Of a stretch of DNA of 64,000 nt, positions 9,721-19,120 are shown one piece after another; positions within the stretch are counted from its first letter, which is position 1, and the number at the start of each line of letters is the position of its first letter. The notes below the pieces were generated by a model. The model ran no database searches, had not been told where the DNA came from, and worked only from the letters and a program-made list of their open reading frames with translations. Location of the stretch: contig JBDRLL010000041.1 in NCBI GenBank assembly GCA_043813075.1, forward strand, positions 1 through 64,000, given 5' to 3'. Origin of the DNA: Candidatus Altiarchaeota archaeon. GTDB lineage: Archaea; Altiarchaeota; Altiarchaeia; IMC4; SCGC-AAA252-I15. The position numbers and the translations under genes were made by a program.

Positions 9721-9761
9721 AGAGGCCCGTATTTAAGCGTCAAACACTATTTCTAAGCAGT

Positions 9762-11558
9762 ATGGGCAAAGCGGACTACGTCTTCGAAGTATCCTATGAA
9801 GTGTGTAACAAGATAGGCGGCATATACACGGTTATAAAATCCAAGGCCGCCCAGATGATCAAGAGATACGACGGCAGATACTACACGGTAGGATACTATA
9901 ATCCGAGTAAAGCCCGCAACGAGTTCGACCTGCTGGAGTCAACGCACCCTGAGATGGATGAGGCGTTCAAGAGGCTGGAGAAGAGGGGTATAAAATGCTA
10001 TTGCGGAGAATGGCTTATACCTGGGAAACCGAGGACCATACTCATAGAAGCGAGCGGCATGAACAGTGAGATAAACGCGATAAAAGCACACTTGTGGGAG
10101 AAGTACAACGTGGACTCGCTCACTTCCGACTCGTGGTTCAATGACCCTGTGATATGGTCGCAGGCAGTCGGCATAGTCCTGGAGGAGTTGATGAAGGTAA
10201 AGCCATTCAGCGAGGGTAAGTGTGTCGCACACTTCCATGAATGGCTTAGCGGGGCTGCACTACTGTATCTTAAGGAGAAGAACGTTAGGATAGGTAGCGT
10301 ATTCACCACCCACGCCACCATGCTGGGCAGGACCATAGCGGCGTCTGGAGCAGACTTATATGACATTGTGGACAAGGGACTTAAGGAAGGCTCTAAGGCA
10401 ACGCCTGACATGGCTAAAAGATACGGCGTCGTCGACAAGCACACTATGGAAGCCGCTTCAGCCAAGGCTACTGACGTTTTCACGACCGTGAGCGAGATAA
10501 CGGGCCGTGAAGCGGAGTTTGTGCTGGGCAGGAGGCCGGAGGTCTTGTTGTTCAACGGGCTTGACATGTCGAAGTATCCGGAGATGGAGGAGTTGTCCAT
10601 ACTAAGGCGGAAGTACCGTCACGAGATGCGGAAGTTCCTGAGGGCGTATTTCACCAGGTACTATGACATCGACATGTACGACATATGCAGCATGTTCCTC
10701 TCTGGGAGATACGAGTTCCACAACAAGGGCATAGACGTTTACATCGACTCGTTGGGCAGGTTGAATGAGAGGATGAGGAAGGATAAGTCTGAGCGGCGTG
10801 CTATCGCATTCATATTCGTGCCGACCGACACGAGGGGGGAGAACATACAGGTGCTGAAGGACATAACCCTTTTTGAGGACATGCACGACAAGGTGGAGGA
10901 GATGCTCCCTGAGATAAAGGACAACATAATGAAGTCAATTGTCATAAAGGGGGAGATACCGAAGAAGATCATAAGCGACGAGACCATGCAGGAGTTGAGG
11001 ACCATACTCACACACTTCCACGAACGCAGGGGTCAGATACCGCCGTTATGCGCTTTTGACTTGAACTATCCTGAGGAGAAAGATGAGATACTGAAGGCGT
11101 GCAGGAGGAACGGGCTTCTGAACCGTAAGGAGGATAAGGTGAAGGTAGTGTTCTATCCCGCATACCTGACGTCAGCAGACCGTATGATATCCATGGAATA
11201 CAATCATGCCACACTCACGTGTGATGTTGGAGTGTTCCCATCGTTCTACGAACCGTGGGGGTACACGCCACTGGAGTGCGCTGCGCAGGCAACCCTCTCG
11301 ATAACGACGGACTTGGCAGGCTTCGGCTTGTTCATCAAGGGTAAGGGGGAGGGTGTGCAAGTCCTTAGGGTTGACGACCGCAGATACGAGGACATAGTAT
11401 CGGATTTGACTGACATGCTGTATGAGATAGTGAAGCTAGAGAAGAAGGACATAACAAAGAGGCGTATAAACGCCCGCGACCTGGCTTTCCTAGCTGACTG
11501 GAGCGCTCTGGCTGAGAACTACGTGAAGGCGCACGACATCGCAGCGGAAAAACTCTAG
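9762..11558 (+). CDS. Glycogen synthase, GT3 family
   Basis: FEVSYEVCNKIGGIYTVIKSK, HFHEWL, FTTHAT.LGR, GRYEF.NKG.D, GVFPSFYEPWGYTPLE; ATG at 9762 preferred over TTG at 9717. Confidence 0.95.
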   Translation: MGKADYVFEVSYEVCNKIGGIYTVIKSKAAQMIKRYDGRYYTVGYYNPSKARNEFDLLESTHPEMDEAFKRLEKRGIKCYCGEWLIPGKPRTILIEASGMNSEINAIKAHLWEKYNVDSLTSDSWFNDPVIWSQAVGIVLEELMKVKPFSEGKCVAHFHEWLSGAALLYLKEKNVRIGSVFTTHATMLGRTIAASGADLYDIVDKGLKEGSKATPDMAKRYGVVDKHTMEAASAKATDVFTTVSEITGREAEFVLGRRPEVLLFNGLDMSKYPEMEELSILRRKYRHEMRKFLRAYFTRYYDIDMYDICSMFLSGRYEFHNKGIDVYIDSLGRLNERMRKDKSERRAIAFIFVPTDTRGENIQVLKDITLFEDMHDKVEEMLPEIKDNIMKSIVIKGEIPKKIISDETMQELRTILTHFHERRGQIPPLCAFDLNYPEEKDEILKACRRNGLLNRKEDKVKVVFYPAYLTSADRMISMEYNHATLTCDVGVFPSFYEPWGYTPLECAAQATLSITTDLAGFGLFIKGKGEGVQVLRVDDRRYEDIVSDLTDMLYEIVKLEKKDITKRRINARDLAFLADWSALAENYVKAHDIAAEKL

Positions 11559-11562
11559 AACG

Positions 11563-11676
11563 TCAGATTATGCCCAATGCTGGGAAGCCGGAACACAGTA
11601 TGCCGCCCATTATGCTGGTTGAGACTGCGGCGCCGACCGTCGAATCGAAGGTCTCCATCTCTGGCTCATGCAGCAT
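11563..11676 (-). CDS. Unannotated 37-aa peptide MLHEPEMETFDSTVGAAVSTSIMGGILCSGFPALGII
   Basis: Read by eye: ATG directly follows the upstream TAA; SD GGGGTGAGG; the ORF fills the gap up to the convergent glycogen synthase stop. Confidence 0.7.
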   Translation of the reverse strand: MLHEPEMETFDSTVGAAVSTSIMGGILCSGFPALGII

Positions 11677-11955
11677 TTACCTCACCCCAGGCAATCCTTC
11701 AGTACCAGGATAATTGGATTTTATGATGCTTGTGACAATCTGCTGGGCCCTGACCTTGTCCTCATCCCCGTAGTCCCTCTCCCCCTCGCCGAATGGTGTT
11801 ATGACGTTGAACTGGAATCGCCCATCCTTAACGACGAGTGCTATATGCCTTTCAAGCGGGGAGCCGAGTATGGACTCCAACTCATCATCCTCTGTGATTG
11901 CAGTCATTATCTTGGAGAGATAATCAAGTCTTATCCCAGTCAACTGTTCTGCCAT
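11677..11955 (-). CDS. Hypothetical 92-aa acidic protein
   Basis: ATG-start ORF with globular composition, 14 nt downstream of the PEBP gene. Confidence 0.75.
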   Translation of the reverse strand: MAEQLTGIRLDYLSKIMTAITEDDELESILGSPLERHIALVVKDGRFQFNVITPFGEGERDYGDEDKVRAQQIVTSIIKSNYPGTEGLPGVR

Positions 11956-11969
11956 GATAATTATACGGA

Positions 11970-12611
11970 CTATTCTTTTTTATAATTACCCATTAGCTCG
12001 GACTCAGCGAGTACATGGCCTCCAATGGCGGTTAGAACATCTTTTTTACGGGATTCCTTCGTCAAACCGAGTTTTGAGTCGAGCGCGTAAAGCCGGAAGT
12101 AGTATCTGTGGGTGCCTGACGGCGGGCAGGGGCCGCCATATGACTGCCTGCGGAAGTCGTTCATGCCCTGGGTGGAGCCTGCAGGCACCGTGTCTTCAGG
12201 TATCACGGTAGTGTCGGCAGGTATGTTCCAGACTATCCAGTGGTCCCAGTTTCCGGAGGGCGCGTCAGGGTCGTCGACGATTATCACGAGTGTCTCGCAT
12301 CCTTCTGGAACTCCGCTAATCTCTAATGGAGGGTTTATGTCGTCCCCCTGGCAGGTGTATTTGCGGGGTATCATACCCCCATCCTCGAATGCACGGCTCT
12401 TTATGTCCATTTTCACAACCTCCTTTCTGATCGTAGTTGAAGTTTCCTTGTGTTTTATGGTTGTCGGCGTGTTCACGCCAAGATTGGTTGATGTGGTCAT
12501 TATTGTTTTGAGTGTTGATGTGGTCTCGAGCGTGGTTGTCTTAGCAGGATCGTTGGGTGATATGCATCCTGCCGTGATGACGATGAGCAATAGTAGGGAG
12601 TAGTAGTTCAC
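11970..12611 (-). CDS. YbhB/YbcL (PEBP, Raf kinase inhibitor-like) protein with lipoprotein signal and Thr-rich linker
   Basis: ITAGC lipobox-like sequence; DDPDAP, HWIVWNIP, YGGPCPPSGTHRY.F. Confidence 0.93.
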   Translation of the reverse strand: MNYYSLLLLIVITAGCISPNDPAKTTTLETTSTLKTIMTTSTNLGVNTPTTIKHKETSTTIRKEVVKMDIKSRAFEDGGMIPRKYTCQGDDINPPLEISGVPEGCETLVIIVDDPDAPSGNWDHWIVWNIPADTTVIPEDTVPAGSTQGMNDFRRQSYGGPCPPSGTHRYYFRLYALDSKLGLTKESRKKDVLTAIGGHVLAESELMGNYKKE

Positions 12612-12641
12612 ATGATGTATATTCGCATGAGTATTTAAGAT

Positions 12642-13607
12642 TCACGCATACCTTAGCACACGGTACACCGCATACCAGGGCGGCATCATCAGGAGGAATC
12701 GGATTTTCCGGAATATCCTGTGTGTCGCGGTGAATCCGGTGTCGAGCAGCGGCTTCAACTGTTTTTCCGGTAGCGGGGCTTCCAGGGCATGGAATCCTGA
12801 GTCATCCATCCTCCACCCATGTTTCGCAGCAGTGTAGTCCGAGTGAACGAGCTTTTCGAGGCCAGCCCACTGGCCACCACCTGATCGCCTGCCCCATTCG
12901 CTACGCCACATGTTGAAGTGGAAGTAGAGGAATTCATATCCATAGTCCTTGTTGTTCGTTATCCTGCCGTCGGACCAGTACCATTCATGTGGGTAATCCC
13001 ATGTCCCGTCGGTCCACGGCCGGTCATTGGTGAATGGCGTGCTGAAGCTTTCCGCAAAGTAGTTTGATTTGCGGTCTATCACGCTGAAGAAGTAGAATTC
13101 ATCGAACCGCTGGCAGCGGTCCGTCTCTATCACCCCCGCCCACCCCTCGTATCTGGAGTACATGTCCCTTACTTCAGGAGTGTTTCTCATGAGGCAGAAG
13201 TGGGCTGACACTCGGTCCCGGTGGAATGATATGACATCATGGGATAGCACCTCGTCTGTGAGGAACTTGCGCATGTCCCCGTAGAGTAGGTCCAGGTCCC
13301 CGAAGCCCCAGTAATCGTATCCCACAATGTGTTCCTCGAATAGCTTCCCGTACATCGGCTTTAGGTCGCATATCTTGTATGTGTTGGTTATCTTAAGGTT
13401 GACACCGAGCCGTGAGTTGGCGAGCTTGTTGAATTCACGCAGGCTCATGTCAACGAACTCCACGTTGCTGGTGGTGTTTTCAGGGGTGCCACAGTCAGTG
13501 AATATGATCCAGTTGATGGTGGGGTTATGCCGGCATGACTCGAGGAAGATGTTTATCCATTCAGGCCATTCCCCGAAGTAGGGTATCAGAACCGCTATCT
13601 TCTTCAT
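12642..13607 (-). CDS. DUF6625-like putative glycosyltransferase
   Basis: IPYFG.WP.W...FL.SC..N, YKICDLKP.YG, YDYWGFGDLDL.YGD, FDE. Confidence 0.8.
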   Translation of the reverse strand: MKKIAVLIPYFGEWPEWINIFLESCRHNPTINWIIFTDCGTPENTTSNVEFVDMSLREFNKLANSRLGVNLKITNTYKICDLKPMYGKLFEEHIVGYDYWGFGDLDLLYGDMRKFLTDEVLSHDVISFHRDRVSAHFCLMRNTPEVRDMYSRYEGWAGVIETDRCQRFDEFYFFSVIDRKSNYFAESFSTPFTNDRPWTDGTWDYPHEWYWSDGRITNNKDYGYEFLYFHFNMWRSEWGRRSGGGQWAGLEKLVHSDYTAAKHGWRMDDSGFHALEAPLPEKQLKPLLDTGFTATHRIFRKIRFLLMMPPWYAVYRVLRYA

Positions 13608-13617
13608 TTACAACCGC

Positions 13618-14682
13618 CTATTTGGCCATGTATATTGTTTGCGAGGGGAACGCGAATTCTATGCCCTCCTTCGCGAATGTCTCTATAAGCCCCAGGTTTA
13701 TCTCCTGCTGTGTGTCCATGTATTTCACGTATTCACTGGAGTTTATGTAGTATACTACCTCAAAGTTCAGGCTTGAGTCCGCGAACTCCTTGAAGTGGAC
13801 TCTATCCAGTTCCGCGAGCTCTTGCTTGGATATTATGCCCTTCACCATTTCAGGTATGTTTCGGAGTATTTCTGGTGGCGTGTCGTAGGTCACGCCGAAT
13901 CCGAACACTATCCTACGCCGCTCCAGGTGCTTGAAGTTGTGTATCCGCGTGTTCGTCAGCTCCTTGTTGGAGACTATGAGTTCCTCCCCGACGAGCGTCT
14001 TTATCCTGGTTGTCTTGATACCAATCTTCCGCACTTCACCGCGGTCCTCGCCAATCACTATGAAGTCGCCGACCTTGAAGGGCTTGTCCAGGTATATTGA
14101 AAGCGAGCTGAATATGTCCTCGAGGATGTTCTGGAGCGCGAAAGCGATGGCGATGCCGCCGATGCCGACACCCGCTATGAGGGCGGAGATGTTGAAGCCT
14201 ATGTTGTCCAGTATTAGTAGTGCGGCGACAAGCCAGAGGGAGTACTTCAACGCGCCGGACATGTTTTTTATGATTGAAACGTCGTCGACCCTGTCTTCCT
14301 CACGCCTCTTGGCCACCACCTTCCTGGTGCCGTAGTCGAGTATGGACTGGATTATCCGCACGACATAGTATGTGCCGACGATCATCACCGCGTAGCTCAG
14401 GTATTTGTCGAGTATTCCAGGCAAGACTATGAACTGTATCGAAAAGTACAGTGAGAGAAGCAGGTAGAATGACCAGGGTATGGCGTTTATCACATCCACC
14501 AGCAGGTCGTCAAAGTCGTTCTTAGTCTTCCCAGCCAGGATGGTGATCCTCTTCAAAACAAGTCTTTTGAATAATTCCAGCACTATTAAGGCCAGGATGA
14601 AGACGAGAAAGGCAGAAACATACTCGCCAACGAGGTTGCTGCCGATCTTAAAGCCCAAAAAAGATTTAACATCAAGAGACAT
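13618..14682 (-). CDS. mscS: Small-conductance mechanosensitive channel
   Basis: GIGGIAIAFALQ, DKPFKVGDFI, IG.KTTRI, GIEFAFPSQT. Confidence 0.95.
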   Translation of the reverse strand: MSLDVKSFLGFKIGSNLVGEYVSAFLVFILALIVLELFKRLVLKRITILAGKTKNDFDDLLVDVINAIPWSFYLLLSLYFSIQFIVLPGILDKYLSYAVMIVGTYYVVRIIQSILDYGTRKVVAKRREEDRVDDVSIIKNMSGALKYSLWLVAALLILDNIGFNISALIAGVGIGGIAIAFALQNILEDIFSSLSIYLDKPFKVGDFIVIGEDRGEVRKIGIKTTRIKTLVGEELIVSNKELTNTRIHNFKHLERRRIVFGFGVTYDTPPEILRNIPEMVKGIISKQELAELDRVHFKEFADSSLNFEVVYYINSSEYVKYMDTQQEINLGLIETFAKEGIEFAFPSQTIYMAK

Positions 14683-14721
14683 AGCTTAGTATCTATTACT
14701 AAAAACACTATAAAACTGTGA

Positions 14722-16209
14722 CTAGCAGCCGTCTTCATTCACGAAGCAGGGGTATCCGCCCCCAGGCCACTTCCAGACGCTGCTGCTCCACCCGGAATAC
14801 ACTGGATGGGAGCTGCTGTAGAAGTCGCTTACGGCAGACGCCTTGCTGCAGTCGCTGCAGCTGCCGCAGTCACAGCACTCGCCATGGTTGTTGTAGTAGT
14901 ATGAGTTGGTGATAGTCCCCCTGACGTAGCCCACGAGGCCGCCCCAGCAGACGTTAAATGGCGTCGGCAGGCTTCCTGCCGCGAATGAGGATGTCACGCT
15001 GCCTCGCACGTCGCCGACGAGGCCGCCACGGTATTGTCCTGAACCGGTTATCTTCACGTCAGCGTAGGAGTATCTTATGTCTCCCCTGCTGTCGCCGACA
15101 AGTTCCCCGACATATTGTCCACTGGATTTTATGCTGCCTGTTGCATAGCAGTTCTCTATTGTGCCGCCTATAAAGTTGTCGGCCGTTATCGGGCCTGCAT
15201 ACTGGTTACCGCTCGGGCAGCCTATCTCGACGTCTTTCAGACCAAGGTTCTTTATCACACCGCTGTTTATCATGAATAGTCCAACATACTGTCTGGTGCT
15301 GATGATGGATAGGCCGGTTATCTTATGGCCTCCGCCATCGAAGACGTCAGTGCTCCTCGGGCCGTTCAACGGCTGGAATCCGGGGTAGGCTAAGCAGTCT
15401 ATGTCGTTTGTCATCAGATAGTGCTGTGATGTGGGATAGTATTCGCGCCTCACCAGCTGTAGCTGGCAGCAGTCGGTGACCTCCCAAGGGCTGGATGCTG
15501 AGCCATCCCCGTTCATTGGAGTGCATGATAGCGTGGTTGTGGTCGTGGTGCTGGATGTCGTCGTTGACGAAGTTGATGTCGTCGTGGTCTGGCCGAAAAG
15601 GGTGGTCGATGTCGTGGTCATCGGAGTCTGCGTGGTCGTGGTCGGGTCAGGGAGGGTAGTAGTGGCCTGCGGGAGGATGGTCGTCGTTGTGGGGACGACA
15701 AGTGTCGTAGTCGTCTGCACGACCACTGTAGTAGTGGTCTGGCCGGATAGGGTTGTGGTGGCGGCCTGCCCGGGGGACATGTATTCCCCGACTATCGGGC
15801 GTTCTCCTGAGAACGTCTTGGATACTCCGCCGGCACCGTACTCGTATGATACTTCCACCGGCTTGGAATATGTGCCGGTGCCCCCTGTTATAGACCCGGA
15901 GACCTTCTTTTTCTCCCCGAACTTTAGGAGTATAGGCTGTGGCAGTATGTTCTCCCCGTCGACCATCAACTCGGTTATCGTCACGTCTTCACCGGCATTG
16001 TTCCGGACAGACAACTGCACCTCCCCATCAGCAGTTATAGCCCAGTTTAGTATGCCTATCTCAGAACTAGTCCAGTAGGAGCGTGAACCCATTATGTCCT
16101 GAGCGGGGGAGGCAAGAAAATCACTTATGATGGAGACCACTATCACGCCGGTTATGACCACAACCGCCAAGACAACCAGGTACTCGGTGGACAACTGGCC
16201 ATAACCCAT
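14722..16209 (-). CDS. Class III (pilin-like) signal protein with Thr-rich stalk and GLUG-repeat domain
   Basis: N-terminal G|QLSTEYLVVLAVVV; long poly-Thr region; Y.MTNDID, FDGGGHKITGL, GGLVG repeats. Confidence 0.8.
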   Translation of the reverse strand: MGYGQLSTEYLVVLAVVVITGVIVVSIISDFLASPAQDIMGSRSYWTSSEIGILNWAITADGEVQLSVRNNAGEDVTITELMVDGENILPQPILLKFGEKKKVSGSITGGTGTYSKPVEVSYEYGAGGVSKTFSGERPIVGEYMSPGQAATTTLSGQTTTTVVVQTTTTLVVPTTTTILPQATTTLPDPTTTTQTPMTTTSTTLFGQTTTTSTSSTTTSSTTTTTTLSCTPMNGDGSASSPWEVTDCCQLQLVRREYYPTSQHYLMTNDIDCLAYPGFQPLNGPRSTDVFDGGGHKITGLSIISTRQYVGLFMINSGVIKNLGLKDVEIGCPSGNQYAGPITADNFIGGTIENCYATGSIKSSGQYVGELVGDSRGDIRYSYADVKITGSGQYRGGLVGDVRGSVTSSFAAGSLPTPFNVCWGGLVGYVRGTITNSYYYNNHGECCDCGSCSDCSKASAVSDFYSSSHPVYSGWSSSVWKWPGGGYPCFVNEDGC

Positions 16210-16246
16210 AGAGTATTATGGGGCAGATGATTTTAAAAAAAACAGT

Positions 16247-17197
16247 CTAGACCGCGAAGAATGTCAGCCGGATGTACATGAATAGGATGTAGAATATCAT
16301 CAGTACTGTGGACTCCTTCCGGTTCAAGTCAAGATGATTGTATAGGAGGAGTAGTGCTACGAGCGTTGCAGCAAGCCAGAAGACGAAGTCGAACTTAAGC
16401 ACAGTCTGGGAGACGTTGAATCCCGCTATCACAGCCCCGATGCCGAACGAGAACAGGGGGTCTGTTATGTTGCTGCCGATCAGGTTACCAAGGGAAAGCT
16501 CGCCAGACTTTTTTAGTACGGCGCGTATGGACACTGACAACTCCGGCATGCTGGTGCCCAACCCCACGAACAATCCGATGATGGACTCCGTGATACCCCA
16601 CTTCGTCGCCAGGGACACCCCGTTACCCACGATAACGTCGGCGCAGTATATTACTATTATAAGGCCGACGAATACTTTTATGGTGTCGAGGGTGATGTTA
16701 TACTCCCGCCTGTGCATCTTGTCTTCGGCGTCGGACGACTTCTTCTCCTGAGTGAATATGTAGACAAGGTATGCTATGTAGGTTGCCACTAGTATCAGAC
16801 CCTCCCCGCGGGTCACGTGTCCGTCTATCGCGGTAGCGTACATCAGGAGGAGGGCTATGACTAGCATGAATCCGTCGCGTCGCAAAGCTTTCATGGGCAT
16901 AGTCAGGGTCGCTATGAAACCGGTTATCCCGAGGAGGAGTGTTATCTGCGCGAGCTCGCTGCCGATTATGTTGCCGACAGCTATGCCGGACGCGTCAACA
17001 CCGGCACGCGTGCTCAATCCGGACATGATGTTTGTGAATATCTCTGGGAGTGACGTGCCTATCGAGGTTATAGTCAATCCTATTGTGAGCTCGGAGACCC
17101 TCAGCTTGCGGGCTATCTCCCGTGCAGCCTCAACAGCCAGGTCGCTGCCGAGGGACAATCCGACTAGGCCCAACAGTATGAGTATTAGCTCGCTCAT
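16247..17197 (-). CDS. Ca2+/Na+ antiporter, YrbG/CaCA family
   Basis: Two alpha repeats: GTSLPE...GNIIGS and GTSMPE...GNLIGSN. Confidence 0.93.
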   Translation of the reverse strand: MSELILILLGLVGLSLGSDLAVEAAREIARKLRVSELTIGLTITSIGTSLPEIFTNIMSGLSTRAGVDASGIAVGNIIGSELAQITLLLGITGFIATLTMPMKALRRDGFMLVIALLLMYATAIDGHVTRGEGLILVATYIAYLVYIFTQEKKSSDAEDKMHRREYNITLDTIKVFVGLIIVIYCADVIVGNGVSLATKWGITESIIGLFVGLGTSMPELSVSIRAVLKKSGELSLGNLIGSNITDPLFSFGIGAVIAGFNVSQTVLKFDFVFWLAATLVALLLLYNHLDLNRKESTVLMIFYILFMYIRLTFFAV

Positions 17198-17233
17198 AGG
17201 ATAGAGTATTAGTTTTTACTTTAATATCATCTT

Positions 17234-17974
17234 TCACTCCACGACAGGCGAGGCATCCTGGTCGAATGGATTGGTCCTCATTGCGAGGGAGAATAGGTAG
17301 GGGTATTCCAGCTTCAGGTGGCGCATGTAGTCCAGCCACTCGTAGACTATGCGTTCATACGCGCGTTTAACGTCTCCCTGAAGGTGTTTCAAGTCGCTTT
17401 CAGGCAGTTTAGTGGAGTCTCTCCTGTTCTCAAGCTCTTCAGTCAGGTGGAATACCGCCTGCAGCATTTCCGTGAAAGAGTCATGCTCCAGCAGCGTCGG
17501 ATTCTGCAGCATCCTCAACAGGAACCCTCTCTTGCCGACCAGGAACGAGCGCATGCCTGGAAGGTCTGCCACAGAAAGGTCAATGTCGTACTGATATTCC
17601 CCAAGACTGGACGAGACAGTTGCGAAATCATTATCACTCCAGTCGCCTTTCACAATCAGCTTGCCGCGAATCTCGTCTAGGCCAGGATCGTAGTCTGAGA
17701 ATAGTGTGAGCAGATGAGTGCCCACTTCACTGAAGAACGCGCCTATCACCATGTTCAGCTTCTGAAGCCGGGAACGCTTCTCCTTCAGATTCAACAGCTC
17801 ATGGATTATCAGGGTTACGAAAAGCACTTCCAGCGGGAGGAAGGCTATGTCGCCGAGCATATAGATGAATATGTGGTGGGAGTCCTTGAATATCAGATAG
17901 TGCATGTAATATAGGGCTGCTGTTGAGAATATCAAGACCAATCCTAGTCTAGCCTGCCAGGCCTGTTTTTTCAT
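17234..17974 (-). CDS. Hypothetical protein with two N-terminal TM helices
   Basis: Hydrophobic N-terminus followed by a helical domain (KLNMVIGAFFSEVG, NPTLLEHD.F, YPYLFSLAMRTNPF); 3 nt downstream of the HDAC gene. Confidence 0.8.
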   Translation of the reverse strand: MKKQAWQARLGLVLIFSTAALYYMHYLIFKDSHHIFIYMLGDIAFLPLEVLFVTLIIHELLNLKEKRSRLQKLNMVIGAFFSEVGTHLLTLFSDYDPGLDEIRGKLIVKGDWSDNDFATVSSSLGEYQYDIDLSVADLPGMRSFLVGKRGFLLRMLQNPTLLEHDSFTEMLQAVFHLTEELENRRDSTKLPESDLKHLQGDVKRAYERIVYEWLDYMRHLKLEYPYLFSLAMRTNPFDQDASPVVE

Positions 17975-17977
17975 AAT

Positions 17978-19120
17978 CTAAATCCTGCATTTTTTGTCAG
18001 GCCCTGCGGCCTCAGACTCGCCGTAGTCCGGCGCTTCAGCCCATATCCTCGACGCCTTGAGGTTGTCCTCCAGCTCCTCAAGCAGGTCCACAGTGGACTT
18101 CATCACTTCACCCTCCACATCCTCCCCATACTCGAAGCCTGCCAGGGTTGAGGCTATGACATGGTTTGTGACTGGAAGGGTCTGCAGGTTGTAGCCTCCC
18201 TCAAGCTCTAGGACCAGCTTGTCGTTGCACACATCTGAAGCCAGTTCCATCATGGCTCGCGTCATCGCCGCGAAGCCCGCGTCGGTGACATTCAACTGTG
18301 AAATCCGGTCTGACTGGTGAGAGTCCTGCCCAGCAGACACCACAACCAGGTCTGGCTTGAATTTCTTGGCGCGGGGTATGACGAACTCCTCCAGGAAGTA
18401 CATGTAGTCCGCGTCGCCGGTGCCTGCCTGCACAGGGAAGTTGATTGTGTACCCCCTACCGGCGCCCTCGCCAATCTGGTGGACGAACCCGACTCCAGGA
18501 TAGAATGAATGAGGGTCCTGGTGTATCGACATGTTGAGTACGGACGGGTCGCTGTAGAAAGTGCCCATAGTACCGTTGGGTGCGTGAGCGTCCCAGTCGA
18601 AGAGGAAGACTTTCTTGACGCCATACTTCTCCTGCATGTATTTGATCATTATGGACACGTTGTCGAAGTAGCAGAAGCCTGTGGCCTGATTGACTGAAGC
18701 ATGATGTCCGGGTGGCCGGACCAGCGCGAAAGAGTTCTTAAGCTCCCCGTTCCACACCATCTCGCCGGAGGTAATGACTCCTCCCGCTGCTAGTAGTGCA
18801 GTGTCATAGGTTTCCTTGCAGACGTAGGTGTCAGAGTCTATTATGGAGAAGAGTCCGGGGCCGCCTTCACTCAGGCAGCGTATGTAGTTCACGTGCTCGA
18901 TGGAGTGCACGCGCGTTATGTCTTCGACGAGCGCAGGGTCTGGCCGTATCAGTCTAGCAGTATCGAGGATCTTGGTCTTCATGCCGTTGAATGGGTCCAG
19001 TATCTCCTTCCTCCGGAAGTAGTCCATGGTGCACAACAACCTCTCCGGGCACTCTGGATGCTGCTGTATCTGCCTGTGCTTCAGGTAGTCTTCATGGTAT
19101 ATTATGCCTGTCTCCATCAT
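17978..19120 (-). CDS. Zn-dependent histone-deacetylase-family protein deacetylase
   Basis: HPECPERL, RPPGHHA, GFCYF, DWDAH..NGT, SAGQD.H..D, LEGGY. Confidence 0.95.
   Translation of the reverse strand: MMETGIIYHEDYLKHRQIQQHPECPERLLCTMDYFRRKEILDPFNGMKTKILDTARLIRPDPALVEDITRVHSIEHVNYIRCLSEGGPGLFSIIDSDTYVCKETYDTALLAAGGVITSGEMVWNGELKNSFALVRPPGHHASVNQATGFCYFDNVSIMIKYMQEKYGVKKVFLFDWDAHAPNGTMGTFYSDPSVLNMSIHQDPHSFYPGVGFVHQIGEGAGRGYTINFPVQAGTGDADYMYFLEEFVIPRAKKFKPDLVVVSAGQDSHQSDRISQLNVTDAGFAAMTRAMMELASDVCNDKLVLELEGGYNLQTLPVTNHVIASTLAGFEYGEDVEGEVMKSTVDLLEELEDNLKASRIWAEAPDYGESEAAGPDKKCRI

Noticed and set aside
15476-16078. Val-rich plus-strand ORFs here and at 33256..33600 and 12112..12603
   Set aside because: They are antisense shadows of poly-Thr codons.
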